Below are positions 51,026-61,260 of a stretch of DNA of 64,000 bases, piece by piece. Source of the stretch: Gemmatimonadota bacterium (GTDB lineage Bacteria; JBHIER01; G020348925); assembly GCA_020348925.1 (NCBI GenBank), contig CP070758.1:3921688-3985687 (forward strand), read 5' to 3'. The position numbers and the translations under genes are program-made. Position 1 is the first letter of the stretch. Every line of letters begins with the position of its first letter. The notes below the pieces were generated by a model, which had not been told where the DNA came from, ran no database searches, and worked only from the letters and a program-made list of their open reading frames with translations.

Positions 51026-52729
51026 TCAATTTAAGTTGTTCATAGAACCCTGTAACCTTTGTAATGCTTCCCTGGCCTCTTTGTTATCCGGTTGTTTTTC
51101 CAAGAATGCCCTGTATTCACGGATGGCCTCGGTCGTTTTACCCTTCTTTTCGTAAATCCGCGCCATCTTGAGGCGGGCTTTCTTGAAGTGGGATTTGATC
51201 TTCACAACCTCCTTGTACGTGTCCAAAGCCTCATCCATACGTCCGCTCATAGAGTATGTATTTCCGAGATTATAAAGTGTCGAGAGACTGCGCGGATTGA
51301 TTTCAAGGTTCTTCTTGTATTCTTTGATCGCTTGTCCATATTCTTTCTTATCGAAAAAATGATTTCCGAGATTATAATGTCCTCCTCCCAGTTGAAACTT
51401 GTGGGCGTTGTCGATTTTGGATACGGACAGGAGAAAGAAGAGGAGAACAAGAATCATGAGAGCGAAACGCGACAGACCGGCTTTGCCCCTCAACCGTTCA
51501 TACATATCACTGATACCAAAAGCCGCAAATGGAATAAGAATCGACACGGCGGGCAGCCGGTATCTTGAAGAGACAAAAAAGAGCATCATGACCAGAAAAT
51601 TCGCTGTGAGAAAGAAATAGAGCAGCGTCAGTTTTCTCCAGTGTTGTCTTGATACGAGCAAACCATACAGCCCAAATGAGATAATAAAAGCATAAGGTAT
51701 AAACAGAAGGCGAAGTGTTTTTATGTATTCCCTCTCCGTCGAGAGATTGTATTCCGTGGAATATTCAAAATTATTCAGGAAACGATACACCTTCATGACC
51801 TCCAATTTCATGTACCGAAGGGGATCTTCGAGAATGAATTGAATCCCTTTGCCAGACCAGTAACGAATCACCTCAGATCTCTTAAGGGATCTTCCGAGGG
51901 CCTTTTCGGCCAGCTTCTTCTCTTCCTGCCCCTGGGTCAACGGCGAACCGGAGAATTCGGAGAGAGAGACGTAGAGACCTTTTGCTCTTGGATTGTTCCC
52001 CTGGTAAAACGTAATCCCTCCCTGGGAGGAGACGAGCACGAAATCATTGCTCACAAGGTAGTTTCTCAGTGTCACCGGCCCCACGCTTACACAAAACCCG
52101 AGAATCAGAAACGAGGTGAAGATCAATTTCCTTTTTATGGCAACGGAGAATCCTATCCATATCCAGACCAGAATAAAACCAAGAAAAAGAAGATTTGCCG
52201 GACGATTCACGAGGGACAGACCGAGGAGTACCCCACCAATCATCCAATATATCCTCTTCGGATTATTCTTCACTTTCATGAACCATAGGAGCACGAGAAG
52301 TGAGAGGAATACTGCCAGTGTTGTGGCCATAAGCTTCGTCTCGTAGAAGAGAAACGTCGGGTACAGGAGAGCTATGATAAAAGCGATCAAACCTGTGTTT
52401 TTGTTAAAAGCCTTCTTGCCAATAAAGTACAGTATCCCAAGGTTTAAAAACCCTAAGACCGTTTGGAACAGATATACGAGGAGATGCTCATCACTCAGGA
52501 ATTTGTAAATGACCGCAAGTAGATAAGGATATAGAGGGGCGGTATAGAAGGGCTCGGCGCCGATCCACTCCCCTGAGGCAATGGTCCTGGCTGCGGTGTC
52601 ATACACTTCCGAATCGAGGAGGATATAATCGTAAAAAGGAGAGTTGAACCTGTACTCGAACATATAGATGATCCTGATCGCTGCGGCCAAAATAATCACA
52701 AGACAGAGAATGTGTTTGTGAGTTATCAT
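51026..52729 (-). CDS. GT-C fold (GT39-like) membrane glycosyltransferase with C-terminal TPRs
   Basis: LDS..YD..A, F..APLYPY.LA, RN......FV.VS..GG..FY.GNNP, SRYR.P; three TPRs (HYNLGN, LYNLGN). Confidence 0.88.
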   Translation of the reverse strand: MITHKHILCLVIILAAAIRIIYMFEYRFNSPFYDYILLDSEVYDTAARTIASGEWIGAEPFYTAPLYPYLLAVIYKFLSDEHLLVYLFQTVLGFLNLGILYFIGKKAFNKNTGLIAFIIALLYPTFLFYETKLMATTLAVFLSLLVLLWFMKVKNNPKRIYWMIGGVLLGLSLVNRPANLLFLGFILVWIWIGFSVAIKRKLIFTSFLILGFCVSVGPVTLRNYLVSNDFVLVSSQGGITFYQGNNPRAKGLYVSLSEFSGSPLTQGQEEKKLAEKALGRSLKRSEVIRYWSGKGIQFILEDPLRYMKLEVMKVYRFLNNFEYSTEYNLSTEREYIKTLRLLFIPYAFIISFGLYGLLVSRQHWRKLTLLYFFLTANFLVMMLFFVSSRYRLPAVSILIPFAAFGISDMYERLRGKAGLSRFALMILVLLFFLLSVSKIDNAHKFQLGGGHYNLGNHFFDKKEYGQAIKEYKKNLEINPRSLSTLYNLGNTYSMSGRMDEALDTYKEVVKIKSHFKKARLKMARIYEKKGKTTEAIREYRAFLEKQPDNKEAREALQRLQGSMNNLN

Positions 52730-53050
52730 TCTTTTGAACTTCAATGTGCTCGTTCCCTTAAGTCGAAAACACCTCATTGTATGTTTGGCATGTCTTCATC
52801 CATTAATACCAACAGCCACCTCCGAATAGAGTCTAATATACAACATGCATTCCATATAAGGCAACATCTCCTCCCGAAAAATATAAGGAACAGTCCTCTT
52901 TTTCCTTGATTGGTCTGACATGAGACCTGAAAGGTGAATATCCCAAGAGCTAATTAGACTGAGACTCCATTTTTCTCTGATTACAAAGAGTTTGACAAAT
53001 ATCAGCAGACGATGCACATTACATATGTATACCACATGGAGGCACATAGA

Positions 53051-53277
53051 ATGCTCAGGATACCGATTTATCTGACAGACGAAGAACAAAAAGTCTTAAA
53101 AGCCATAGCTGATCGCTTAGGCCTAAGCCAAAGTGAAATTATACGAGGAGCCTTCGATCGAAATATTCCGCAATATCAAAAGAAAATTCGACTCGACTGA
53201 CTCCGTAAAGCCGAGGCATTTGGTCGGATCGCACCGATTTACCATATTTTGGAGCAATAAAGCGAGAAACAAAATAA
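53051..53277 (+). pseudogene. Degraded CopG/ribbon-helix-helix antitoxin-like gene
   Basis: IYLTDEEQKVLKAIA...G.SQSEIIR.A.D; after TGA 53198-53200 and a frameshift it continues LRKA/GIWSDRTDLP; GGAGG RBS. Confidence 0.7.
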
Positions 53278-53525
53278 TTTTCGATAAATCCCGTTAAAGA
53301 AAAAAATGGCTATAATTCCCATTCCTCTCAACTTCTTTCCCTATTATCAACTCCGCTTGTATGATTTACTTATCACAACCTTAGCATGAAATACCGATGT
53401 ATATCTTCAGCTTGATTTATTAATCCATAATCGTTAAAATTCCGACGATTATTTCAAAGATGATTCAGTTGCGTTTTACAAATCTGCTCTTATCTTATAT
53501 ACTACAATTGAAAAGGAGGTGAACG

Positions 53526-54902
53526 ATGAAAAAATATACCATCCCATGTTTGGTTGTACTGACAGCTCTGTTCATCATAATTTCTATAACTTCACTCATT
53601 TCAAACATCACCGCCTTGAGCTCCCAGGATTCCAGCACTAAAGAAATTGAAGGAAGTAAAAGGAACTATGCCGATTCTTTAAATACGCTTCCCTCAGTGG
53701 AGCAGATTCTGGAGCGATACATTCAGGCCATCGGAGGACGCGAGGCCATCGAGAGACTGACGAGCCGAGTGTGCACGGGGAAACTGATCCACGATATTCC
53801 CTGGAGAAAACCTCCCTACGAAGAAGTACCTTTTGAGGCATATGCAAGAACTCCTGACAAATCGCTCTATATCGAGCACAGATCAGATGGTATCTACAAG
53901 GAGGTATTCAACGGTAAAATTGGTTGGACCCAAGACGCCGACAGCATCACAATCGAAGAGAGTCCGAAGAGGTCGAAACTCGAGTTCCTCATGGATTCGC
54001 AGGGCGCTCTGCACATAGAGAATTACTTTCCCGGTCTTACTGTGGCAGGTAAGGACACCCTCTATGGACGTGAAGTTTACGCAGTCGAACCGGAAGGGCT
54101 CAAAAAAGCCCATTACTCATGTAACTTCGACGTCAAGACCGGCATGCTGATCTACATCGGCTACTACTGGGAATTGCTGGACTACCGCGAAGTGGACGGC
54201 GTTAAGTGCCCCTTTCGTATCGCCATGAGCAGGAAGAGTGGGTCGAGCACCTACGTCTTCGATGAGGTAAAGCACAACACCTCCATAGACGAGTCACTCT
54301 TCATCCCACCTGATACTGATGAAGCCTTGGAAGATCCCTTCCGGGGCATCGACGACCCGAAGGTCCTGCCTATGCTCAAGCACCTGCCCTACGAGCATGG
54401 GGGCATGAACATTCCACCCCAGGACGGCCGTTTTCTCTATAATCTTATTACAAAAAACGATTACACGCGAGGACTGGAGATCGGTACCTCCAACGGGTAC
54501 TCCACACTGTGGCTGGGGCTGGCTTTCCGAAAGACCGGCGGCAAGGTGATCACCATCGAGATAGAGTCTTTGAGAGCCAAGGAAGCCATGGAGAACTTCC
54601 GCAAGGCAGGACTGGACCATGTCATTGACACGAGAATCAACGACGCCTTCGAGGAGATCCCCAAGATCGAAGGGGATTTCGATTTTGTTTTCATGGACGT
54701 CTGGAAGTCGGACTACATCAAATTCCTGCGATTATTGAGGGACAGGATCAGGCCCGGTGGCGCCATAACCGCTCACAACGTCAGTTCGCAATCTCATAGC
54801 ATGCAGGATTTCCTGGATGCTATCCGGAACGATCCCGATCTTGAGACGACCTTACACGAGACAAGTGAGGCGTGGATATCGGTCAGTATTAAGCGAGAAT
54901 AG
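53526..54902 (+). CDS. Fusion: signal/TM + LolA-like domain + class I O-methyltransferase
   Basis: Hydrophobic N-terminus; LERYIQAIGG...DYREVDGVKCPF...NTSIDESLF; then MNIPP.DG.FL, LEIGTSNGYS, FDFVFMD..K..Y, PGG.I.AHN. Confidence 0.85.
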   Translation: MKKYTIPCLVVLTALFIIISITSLISNITALSSQDSSTKEIEGSKRNYADSLNTLPSVEQILERYIQAIGGREAIERLTSRVCTGKLIHDIPWRKPPYEEVPFEAYARTPDKSLYIEHRSDGIYKEVFNGKIGWTQDADSITIEESPKRSKLEFLMDSQGALHIENYFPGLTVAGKDTLYGREVYAVEPEGLKKAHYSCNFDVKTGMLIYIGYYWELLDYREVDGVKCPFRIAMSRKSGSSTYVFDEVKHNTSIDESLFIPPDTDEALEDPFRGIDDPKVLPMLKHLPYEHGGMNIPPQDGRFLYNLITKNDYTRGLEIGTSNGYSTLWLGLAFRKTGGKVITIEIESLRAKEAMENFRKAGLDHVIDTRINDAFEEIPKIEGDFDFVFMDVWKSDYIKFLRLLRDRIRPGGAITAHNVSSQSHSMQDFLDAIRNDPDLETTLHETSEAWISVSIKRE

Positions 54903-55026
54903 CAGTGTGACCTTTTCAAAGGTATATTTATTTGAGCGGGGCTTAAAGTTGATGCTCCCCTCTCGTTTCCCCGCGATAGGGACAGGTCCGATTACTTCAC
55001 CTCTTGTGCTTAGGAAGGAATAAATT

Positions 55027-55773
55027 ATGAATTATAAGAAATACTTGCTGACATTTCTATTCGTTCTTACATCGGGTTTCGCATGCAGCCACTCCCAACA
55101 GTCAAACGAAAACGAACGATGGACCGAAAAACCTCAGAATGAATGGCCGCAAATTACGATGATAAATCAGATTACGTATGCTGATACAAGTTATCCTATA
55201 GCCGGTTGTTCGTTCTTATTAGATACGGGTGAGGACACACTGGCAGCAACGGCGAAGCATATCCTGATATACTTTAAATCCAAAGATATGAATTCCGTTT
55301 CTTTTGGGAGCACCTTAAAACGCTGGAAGATGTTCCCCAAAAACAATCCGGCCGATTCGGTCATCGTCGATGCACTCATCAACGAGAATCCGGAGGAACC
55401 CATCGATCACATACCACCCTCAAAGGACTGGCTCCTCTTCACGATAAAGGAAAAATTATCGAACATCCAGCCTCTAACCTTCAGGACAGAACCTTTCAAA
55501 AAGGGCGAGAGAGTCTACATCGTCGGCTGGCGATACTCGGACAAGGTTTGCCCTCAGGTGGTCTACGAAGGGAACTTCGTCGAATCACGAAAAGGATCCA
55601 TCATCATCTCGACCAAGGAACTTGCGGACAATACCATGCCGGGATTGAGCGGCTCTCCCGTCATCGATTCGAAGGGCCACTTGATAGGCCTCATGTCCCG
55701 CAAGGCCGGCAAGATGGAAGAACTGTCACCTATTGACTATCCGAAGGAGGTTATAGAAAACATTTTTAAATAA
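55027..55773 (+). CDS. Trypsin-like serine protease lipoprotein
   Basis: Lipobox-like GFAC; triad TAKH, KDWLLF, GLSGSP. Confidence 0.8.
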   Translation: MNYKKYLLTFLFVLTSGFACSHSQQSNENERWTEKPQNEWPQITMINQITYADTSYPIAGCSFLLDTGEDTLAATAKHILIYFKSKDMNSVSFGSTLKRWKMFPKNNPADSVIVDALINENPEEPIDHIPPSKDWLLFTIKEKLSNIQPLTFRTEPFKKGERVYIVGWRYSDKVCPQVVYEGNFVESRKGSIIISTKELADNTMPGLSGSPVIDSKGHLIGLMSRKAGKMEELSPIDYPKEVIENIFK

Positions 55774-55921
55774 ACCGACTTCCGTCCTCAATAGTTCAGG
55801 AGATGTCTCCTGGTTTTAAAATTATTTGGGACTTAAGTCTTTCTCCAATCTCTCGTCAGGGAAACATCTCCCAGACGATCGTAGAAATTCAACAGTTGAG
55901 ATAGTGGTATGAATACATATT

Positions 55922-55995
55922 AAATCCCCCTAAATCCCCCTTTGGCAAAGGGGGACTTTCTCCCTCCTTTTTCAAAGGAGGGAAGGGGAGGATTT
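55922..55995. repeat. CCCCCTTT..AAAGGGGG-type composite palindrome
   Basis: AAATCCCCC / TCCCCCTTTGGCAAAGGGGGA / TCCCTCCTTTTTCAAAGGAGGGA / GGGGAGGATTT. Confidence 0.75.
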
Positions 55996-56039
55996 CACAT
56001 TTTTATCATAAAGTGGACATTCATCAAAGGAGGTGAATT

Positions 56040-56753
56040 ATGGACAAGAATTCGTCCCGGGGTTTTGCAGTCTCGGGCATTGCCATCGGTCTGGGCATTA
56101 TTATTGCCGGCCTCAGCATGAGTGTTGCCTTTTATAGTACGCGCGCGACAGAACGGTACGTGACGGTCAAAGGACTGGCCGAGCGGAATGTTGAAGCGGA
56201 CCTGGCCATCTGGCCGCTGTCCTTCAAGGAGACAGGCAATGACCTGATTGCCCTGCATGGAACCGTGAATTCAAAACGCCACACCATACAGCAGTTTCTT
56301 CTCGATGTAGGTTTTGATGAATCAGAAATGTCTCTGTCACCACCTTCAATCAGGGATTCTCAGGCGGAACCCCTTTACGGGGAACAGGCTATGCCGAAAT
56401 TTCGTTACACTGCCCAGCAAACCATGAGTGTCCGAACGAACAAGGTCCCCTTGGTTAAACAGGCGATGGAAAACTCCGTCGAGCTCATAGGGAAAGGTGT
56501 TGTCCTGGTGGCAGGAGGGAATACCGAGTTTCTCTTCACGAGTTTGAATGAGATCAAACCTGACATGATCGCCGAAGCCACGAAAAATGCCAGAGAAGCA
56601 GCCGAACAATTTGCCAGAGATTCAGGGAGCAAAGTCGGTAAAATCCGCAAGGCAACACAGGGACTCTTCTCTATAAATGTCAGGGATTGGAATTCTCCCG
56701 AGCAAAAGGTCGTTCGAGTCGTCACAACGGTTGAATACTATATAAAAGATTAG
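56040..56753 (+). CDS. SIMPL (DUF541) domain protein
   Basis: VTVKGLAER.V.ADLA.W, LN.IKP.MI.EATKNAR.AAEQFA.DSGS.VGKI..A.QG.F, K.VRVV. Confidence 0.92.
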   Translation: MDKNSSRGFAVSGIAIGLGIIIAGLSMSVAFYSTRATERYVTVKGLAERNVEADLAIWPLSFKETGNDLIALHGTVNSKRHTIQQFLLDVGFDESEMSLSPPSIRDSQAEPLYGEQAMPKFRYTAQQTMSVRTNKVPLVKQAMENSVELIGKGVVLVAGGNTEFLFTSLNEIKPDMIAEATKNAREAAEQFARDSGSKVGKIRKATQGLFSINVRDWNSPEQKVVRVVTTVEYYIKD

Positions 56754-56881
56754 AATCGACTCGACAGAGTCTCGGCCTCCTACAAAAGACACGGAATTAT
56801 GAAAATGGGTGTCCGCGCGGACCGATTGAGAAATTGAATCCTTCCCTATTTTTCAGAGAAGCTTCCGTGAAAGGAGACGTC

Positions 56882-57781
56882 ATGATTGATCTTGGACTGA
56901 AGGGAAAAGTGGCTGTTGTGACTGGTGGAAACAATCCCCATGGAATAGGCTCAGTCACAGTAAAAGCGTTCGCATCCCAAGGAGTAAAAGTTTTTATTCA
57001 CTACTTCAGACAGAAAGTAGCATCCCCAAGAGATATGAACACGACCGACGATTTAGACAAACCCGGTTTGCTCTTCTTCTACGAACAGCAAAAGAAAACC
57101 GCACATGAAACTGTAGAATCGATACGAAAAGATGGCGGACAAGCGGAGTCATGGGAGGCCGATCTTGGGGATCCGGAAAAAATTCCGGAGATGTTCGATA
57201 GGGCCGAAAAAGCCTTCGGACACGTGGACATTCTTGTCAACAACGCTGCCGATTATGCCGCCGACACATTTTTGCCGGATTCCATCTTGAAGGATGAAAA
57301 ATCGTTATGGGAAGGCGGTCCTTTAAAATCGACCATCACGGTTGAGAGTCACGATCGCCAATTTGCTGTGAATACACGCGCCGCGGCATTGGCCATGGCG
57401 GAATTCGCACGGCGAATCATTACAAAGAATTGTGCCTGGGGTAGAATTATCAATATCAGCGCTGATTGCGCCTGGGGCTGTCCCGGGGAAATATCATACA
57501 GAGCGAGCAAATATGCTCTGGAATCATACAGTCGCAGTGCTGCTGCGGAATTGGGTCCATTCGGAATCACCGTCAACATTGTGTCTCCCGGACCTGTTCA
57601 AACCGGATATATTTCATCCGTAATGGAAGAATCACTTATACCGGAGATTCCATCAGGACGAGTCGGAAAATCTGAAGATATCGCGAATGCGGTGCTCTTT
57701 TTTGCATCCGAAGAGGCAGGATGGATCACGGGCCAGCTGCTCGTTGTACACGGCGGCCACCGGATGGCATTGGGTGTGTAG
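56882..57781 (+). CDS. SDR family oxidoreductase
   Basis: VTGGNNPHGIG, LVNNAA, YRASK, WITGQ; AAGGAG RBS before ATG 56882. Confidence 0.9.
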   Translation: MIDLGLKGKVAVVTGGNNPHGIGSVTVKAFASQGVKVFIHYFRQKVASPRDMNTTDDLDKPGLLFFYEQQKKTAHETVESIRKDGGQAESWEADLGDPEKIPEMFDRAEKAFGHVDILVNNAADYAADTFLPDSILKDEKSLWEGGPLKSTITVESHDRQFAVNTRAAALAMAEFARRIITKNCAWGRIINISADCAWGCPGEISYRASKYALESYSRSAAAELGPFGITVNIVSPGPVQTGYISSVMEESLIPEIPSGRVGKSEDIANAVLFFASEEAGWITGQLLVVHGGHRMALGV

Positions 57782-57790
57782 TTTCATGAG

Positions 57791-57906
57791 GTCATTCTCC
57801 GGTATGACCGGAGGATTCAGGAAAATGAAAATTTTTATTTGAGGATGCTGTCCCTGGATTGCTCGATCGAGCCTGTTCTGGGTATCATCGAACGATCGGC
57901 AATGAC
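57791..57906. repeat. GTCATT...AATGAC palindromic element
   Basis: GTCATTCTCCGGTATGACCGGAGGATTCAGG...CCTGGATTGCTCGATC...GATCGGCAATGAC between convergent genes. Confidence 0.7.
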
Positions 57907-57934
57907 AGTATTCTATTTTGAACCACTCAGTGCA

Positions 57935-58963
57935 TCACGCCCTCCTCAGTATAGCCCCGGAGGCGAAGCCGGAGCCGAAGGCGACATCGATGACGATCTT
58001 GCCTTTCACTTTTCCCAGAGTATCAACGTAGCCGATGGGGATCGAAGCAGCGGACGTATTCCCGTATTTTTTGATCCCATCGGTGTAAATGCTCTCCAGT
58101 GGCATTTTCATAAAATCAGCAATCGCTTTGATGATCCGTAAATTAGCCTGATGGGGAAAGACATATTCAACATCTGTAAGTCGAATGGGCTCACCTGACG
58201 AGCTCGCATTGTAGCGTTCAATAACTTTCTTCATGTTACTGATCATGGTCCGAACTGCAACGGGAAACACTTTCTTTCCTTGCATGTGAAGAAAAGGTCG
58301 ATCAATTTTCTTTTCATTCGAAAAACACACCTGATTCTCACCAGTGAGTTGATTGTTTAAAAATTCATCCAAATAGAGCAGATCCCCATATTTGCCTGCC
58401 GCCTCAGTACATGTTGCCAGGATCTCGTTATCCTCTGTCCGTCCCATAACTACGGCACCGGCTCCATCGGCGAGCAGTACACAGGTCGTCCGATCGGTCC
58501 AATCAACCACAAGCGAGAGGCCGTCGACGCCGATCACGAGGGTTTTCACATCTCTCCCATATTTCATCTTTTCAATAACGATCTTGTTGAATGCATCCTC
58601 TACGGCATAGATGAAACCAGAACACCCTGCAGACACGTCCGAGGCTGAGGACTCCTTCGTTCCAAGAGCGTACTGCACCTGAGTGGCCAGGCTGGGAAAT
58701 CGGTTCCATGTATTGACCCCGACCCGGATGTCACCGATGTCATCTGGCGAGAGTCCTGCGTCGGCAAGCGCCCGCTTCGACGCCTCAACGGCCATTTGGA
58801 GAACGGATTCATTCTTGTTCATGACAAACCGTGTCTGGATACCGGTCCGCTGCTGAATCCACTCATCGCTCGTATCCACTATCCTCTCGAGATCCTCGTT
58901 CGTAACAACTACGGAAGGTATGTAGGATCCATACCCCAGGTACCCTATTCTCATTCTATCCAT
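57935..58963 (-). CDS. fabH: Beta-ketoacyl-ACP synthase III family protein
   Basis: DTSDEWI..RTGI, SAGCSGF (Cys), DGAGA, PHQANLRII (His), YGNTSAASIP (Asn). Confidence 0.88.
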   Translation of the reverse strand: MDRMRIGYLGYGSYIPSVVVTNEDLERIVDTSDEWIQQRTGIQTRFVMNKNESVLQMAVEASKRALADAGLSPDDIGDIRVGVNTWNRFPSLATQVQYALGTKESSASDVSAGCSGFIYAVEDAFNKIVIEKMKYGRDVKTLVIGVDGLSLVVDWTDRTTCVLLADGAGAVVMGRTEDNEILATCTEAAGKYGDLLYLDEFLNNQLTGENQVCFSNEKKIDRPFLHMQGKKVFPVAVRTMISNMKKVIERYNASSSGEPIRLTDVEYVFPHQANLRIIKAIADFMKMPLESIYTDGIKKYGNTSAASIPIGYVDTLGKVKGKIVIDVAFGSGFASGAILRRA

Positions 58964-59026
58964 AGAACACATTCCTCAAGTTTCATATTCCAAAATACAT
59001 TCTATTCAGCCGATAACCCCCGAGCA

Positions 59027-61204
59027 TCAGGATAGCTGGAGATTCGCATATTTGACCATGATCTTCTTCCTCACATCGTGATCAAACAGAATGGTTACCT
59101 TAAGGTTTTCCCCCCGCCCATCTTTATCCAAAATACGACCGCGTCCGAAACTGGGATGGATCACCCATTGCCCGACCTCCAGATGCGGAAAAGAAGATAG
59201 TTCATCCTGAAAACCTGAGGGGGAGTTCGAAGAGTGATATTCCTCAGGAGTGTAAAGAATATCTTCTATACCCTCTGCCGATGATTCTTCGAAGAAATCA
59301 AGAGGGACCTCTTCCAAAAACCGTGAGCGCAAACTGCCCAGGCTCTCACTGTACCGATGCCGTCGACAGGCTAATGACAAGTAGAGTTTCTCTTTTGCCC
59401 GCGTCATGCCCACGTAGAAGAGCCGGCGTTCCTCCTCCAACTCGTGGGGATTGTCGAAAACACGGGCGAGGGGAAACAATCCGTCCTCCAATCCGGTGAT
59501 GAAGACCACAGGAAATTCCAGACCTTTGGCACAATGGAGGGTCATCAACGTCACCACCTCAGTCCGGTCGTCCCATTGATCGATATCCGTCACCAGTGAT
59601 ACTTCGGCCAGAAAGGATTCCAAGGTTGCCTGCTGTGTTCGGGCCATATACTCCGATATGGCATAGAGTAATTCGCGGACGTTCTCGGCCCGGTTTTCGG
59701 AATCGATGGTCCCCTCGGCAGCAAGCATTTCGAGATAACCCGATGCTTCGATCAACTCCCTGGCCACTGTTTCCGCAGATTCCTGTTCTTTCCTCGTCCT
59801 ATACTTCTTCATAAGCTGCCAGAAACTACCCAGCATATCCTTCAACCGGGGCGATATACCCTCGATCTCCTCGAGCCGTTCAAAGACCTCGTAGAGAATG
59901 ACTTCTCTCTCTGCAGCAAATGCTTCCAATTTCGTGACCGTGACCTCTCCGATGCCACGTTTCGGAACATTGATAATCCGTTTCAGACTCACCGTATCCC
60001 TGGGATTGACCAAAACTTTGAGATACGCCAGAACGTCCTTCACCTCTTTACGCTCGTAAAATTTCAGACCACCGACAATCGTATAGGGAATTCCCGAGCC
60101 GCGAAGTCGATCCTCGAGGGCTCTCGACTGGGCGTTGGTGCGGTAGAGAACGACAAAGTCCTTAAGGCTTCTCCCATTAGCGACCAGCTCCTCCTGTATT
60201 CTGTCAGCGACATGTTGTGCCTCCTCGCGCTCATCATACCCCTCCATGAGGACAATCTTCTGCCCCAGAGTATTCTCCGTCCACAGCTCTTTCCCTTTCC
60301 GGCCACGATTATGGGCGATGACTGCCCCGGCTGCAGCAAGGATCGTTTTTGTCGATCGGTAGTTCTGGTCCAGACGAACAATCTTGGCCTCCGGATAGTC
60401 CTTTTCGAAATCGAGAATGTTCTTAATGTCAGCGCCCCGCCAGCCGTATATGGACTGATCGTCGTCACCCACGACACACAGGTTTCGATGGGACGAGGCC
60501 AGCTGGTTGATGAGCACATACTGGGCATGATTCGTATCCTGATATTCATCGACCAAAATGTACCTGAATTGCTTCTGATACCGGCCCAGCACCTCGGGAT
60601 CTTTTTTGAAGAGCACCGCCGTTTGCATGATCAAGTCCCCGAAATCAAAAGCGTTGTTCTCCCTCAGACGGCGCTGGTACTCCCCGTAGATTTTGCTCGT
60701 TTTCTCCTCGAAATACCCGCCCGCGTATGAGCCATACTCGTCCGGGCCGATGACTTCGTTCTTGGCGCCATCGATGTGGGCGCGCACTGCTTTCGCCGGG
60801 GTTTCACGTTCGCCTATATTGAGTTCTTTCATAACCTCTGCGATCACTTTCAGTTGATCCTCAGGATCGTAAATCGCGAAATTGGTGCCGTAACCGACCC
60901 GCTCGGCCTCACGCCTCAAGATCCGCGCACACACGGAATGGAAGGTTCCCAGCCAGATTTCCCTGGAACCGAAACCGACCAGCTTCTCCACCCTCTCCCG
61001 CATCTCTCCCGCTGCTTTGTTCGTGAAGGTCACCGCCAGGATATTCCAGGGCTTGATCCCCCTTTCACCAATCAGGAAAGCAATGCGGTGAGTAAGCACT
61101 CTGGTCTTTCCGCTGCCGGCCCCGGCCAGAACCAAGAGCGGGCCTTCGGTTTGTCTGACCGCCTCTCCTTGCGCGGGATTCAGTCGATCAAGTATTGATT
61201 TCAC
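59027..61204 (-). CDS. pcrA: ATP-dependent DNA helicase PcrA/UvrD
   Basis: LNPAQ, LAGAGSGKTRVL, VDEYQDTN, VGDDDQSIYGWRGA, NYRST, YRTNAQSR, H.AKGLEF, EERRLFYVGMTRA, C-terminal V.HP.FG.G. Confidence 0.95.
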   Translation of the reverse strand: MKSILDRLNPAQGEAVRQTEGPLLVLAGAGSGKTRVLTHRIAFLIGERGIKPWNILAVTFTNKAAGEMRERVEKLVGFGSREIWLGTFHSVCARILRREAERVGYGTNFAIYDPEDQLKVIAEVMKELNIGERETPAKAVRAHIDGAKNEVIGPDEYGSYAGGYFEEKTSKIYGEYQRRLRENNAFDFGDLIMQTAVLFKKDPEVLGRYQKQFRYILVDEYQDTNHAQYVLINQLASSHRNLCVVGDDDQSIYGWRGADIKNILDFEKDYPEAKIVRLDQNYRSTKTILAAAGAVIAHNRGRKGKELWTENTLGQKIVLMEGYDEREEAQHVADRIQEELVANGRSLKDFVVLYRTNAQSRALEDRLRGSGIPYTIVGGLKFYERKEVKDVLAYLKVLVNPRDTVSLKRIINVPKRGIGEVTVTKLEAFAAEREVILYEVFERLEEIEGISPRLKDMLGSFWQLMKKYRTRKEQESAETVARELIEASGYLEMLAAEGTIDSENRAENVRELLYAISEYMARTQQATLESFLAEVSLVTDIDQWDDRTEVVTLMTLHCAKGLEFPVVFITGLEDGLFPLARVFDNPHELEEERRLFYVGMTRAKEKLYLSLACRRHRYSESLGSLRSRFLEEVPLDFFEESSAEGIEDILYTPEEYHSSNSPSGFQDELSSFPHLEVGQWVIHPSFGRGRILDKDGRGENLKVTILFDHDVRKKIMVKYANLQLS

Positions 61205-61260
61205 TCCGTAATTCTCTTTCTCCAAGAAAATAGCCCTCGAACACAAAATAGCATGCATTC

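Noticed and set aside
53198-53200. Selenocysteine read-through of the TGA in the RHH gene
   Set aside because: A frameshift follows a few codons later and the position is not a Cys-type site; decay is more likely
55799-55872. Imperfect inverted repeat GGAGATGTCTCCTG / CAGGGAAACATCTCC as a MITE
   Set aside because: Single copy, mismatched arms, no target-site duplication seen
46638-57781. Integron cassette array
   Set aside because: No integrase and no consistent RYYYAAC...GTTRRRY sites in the spacers
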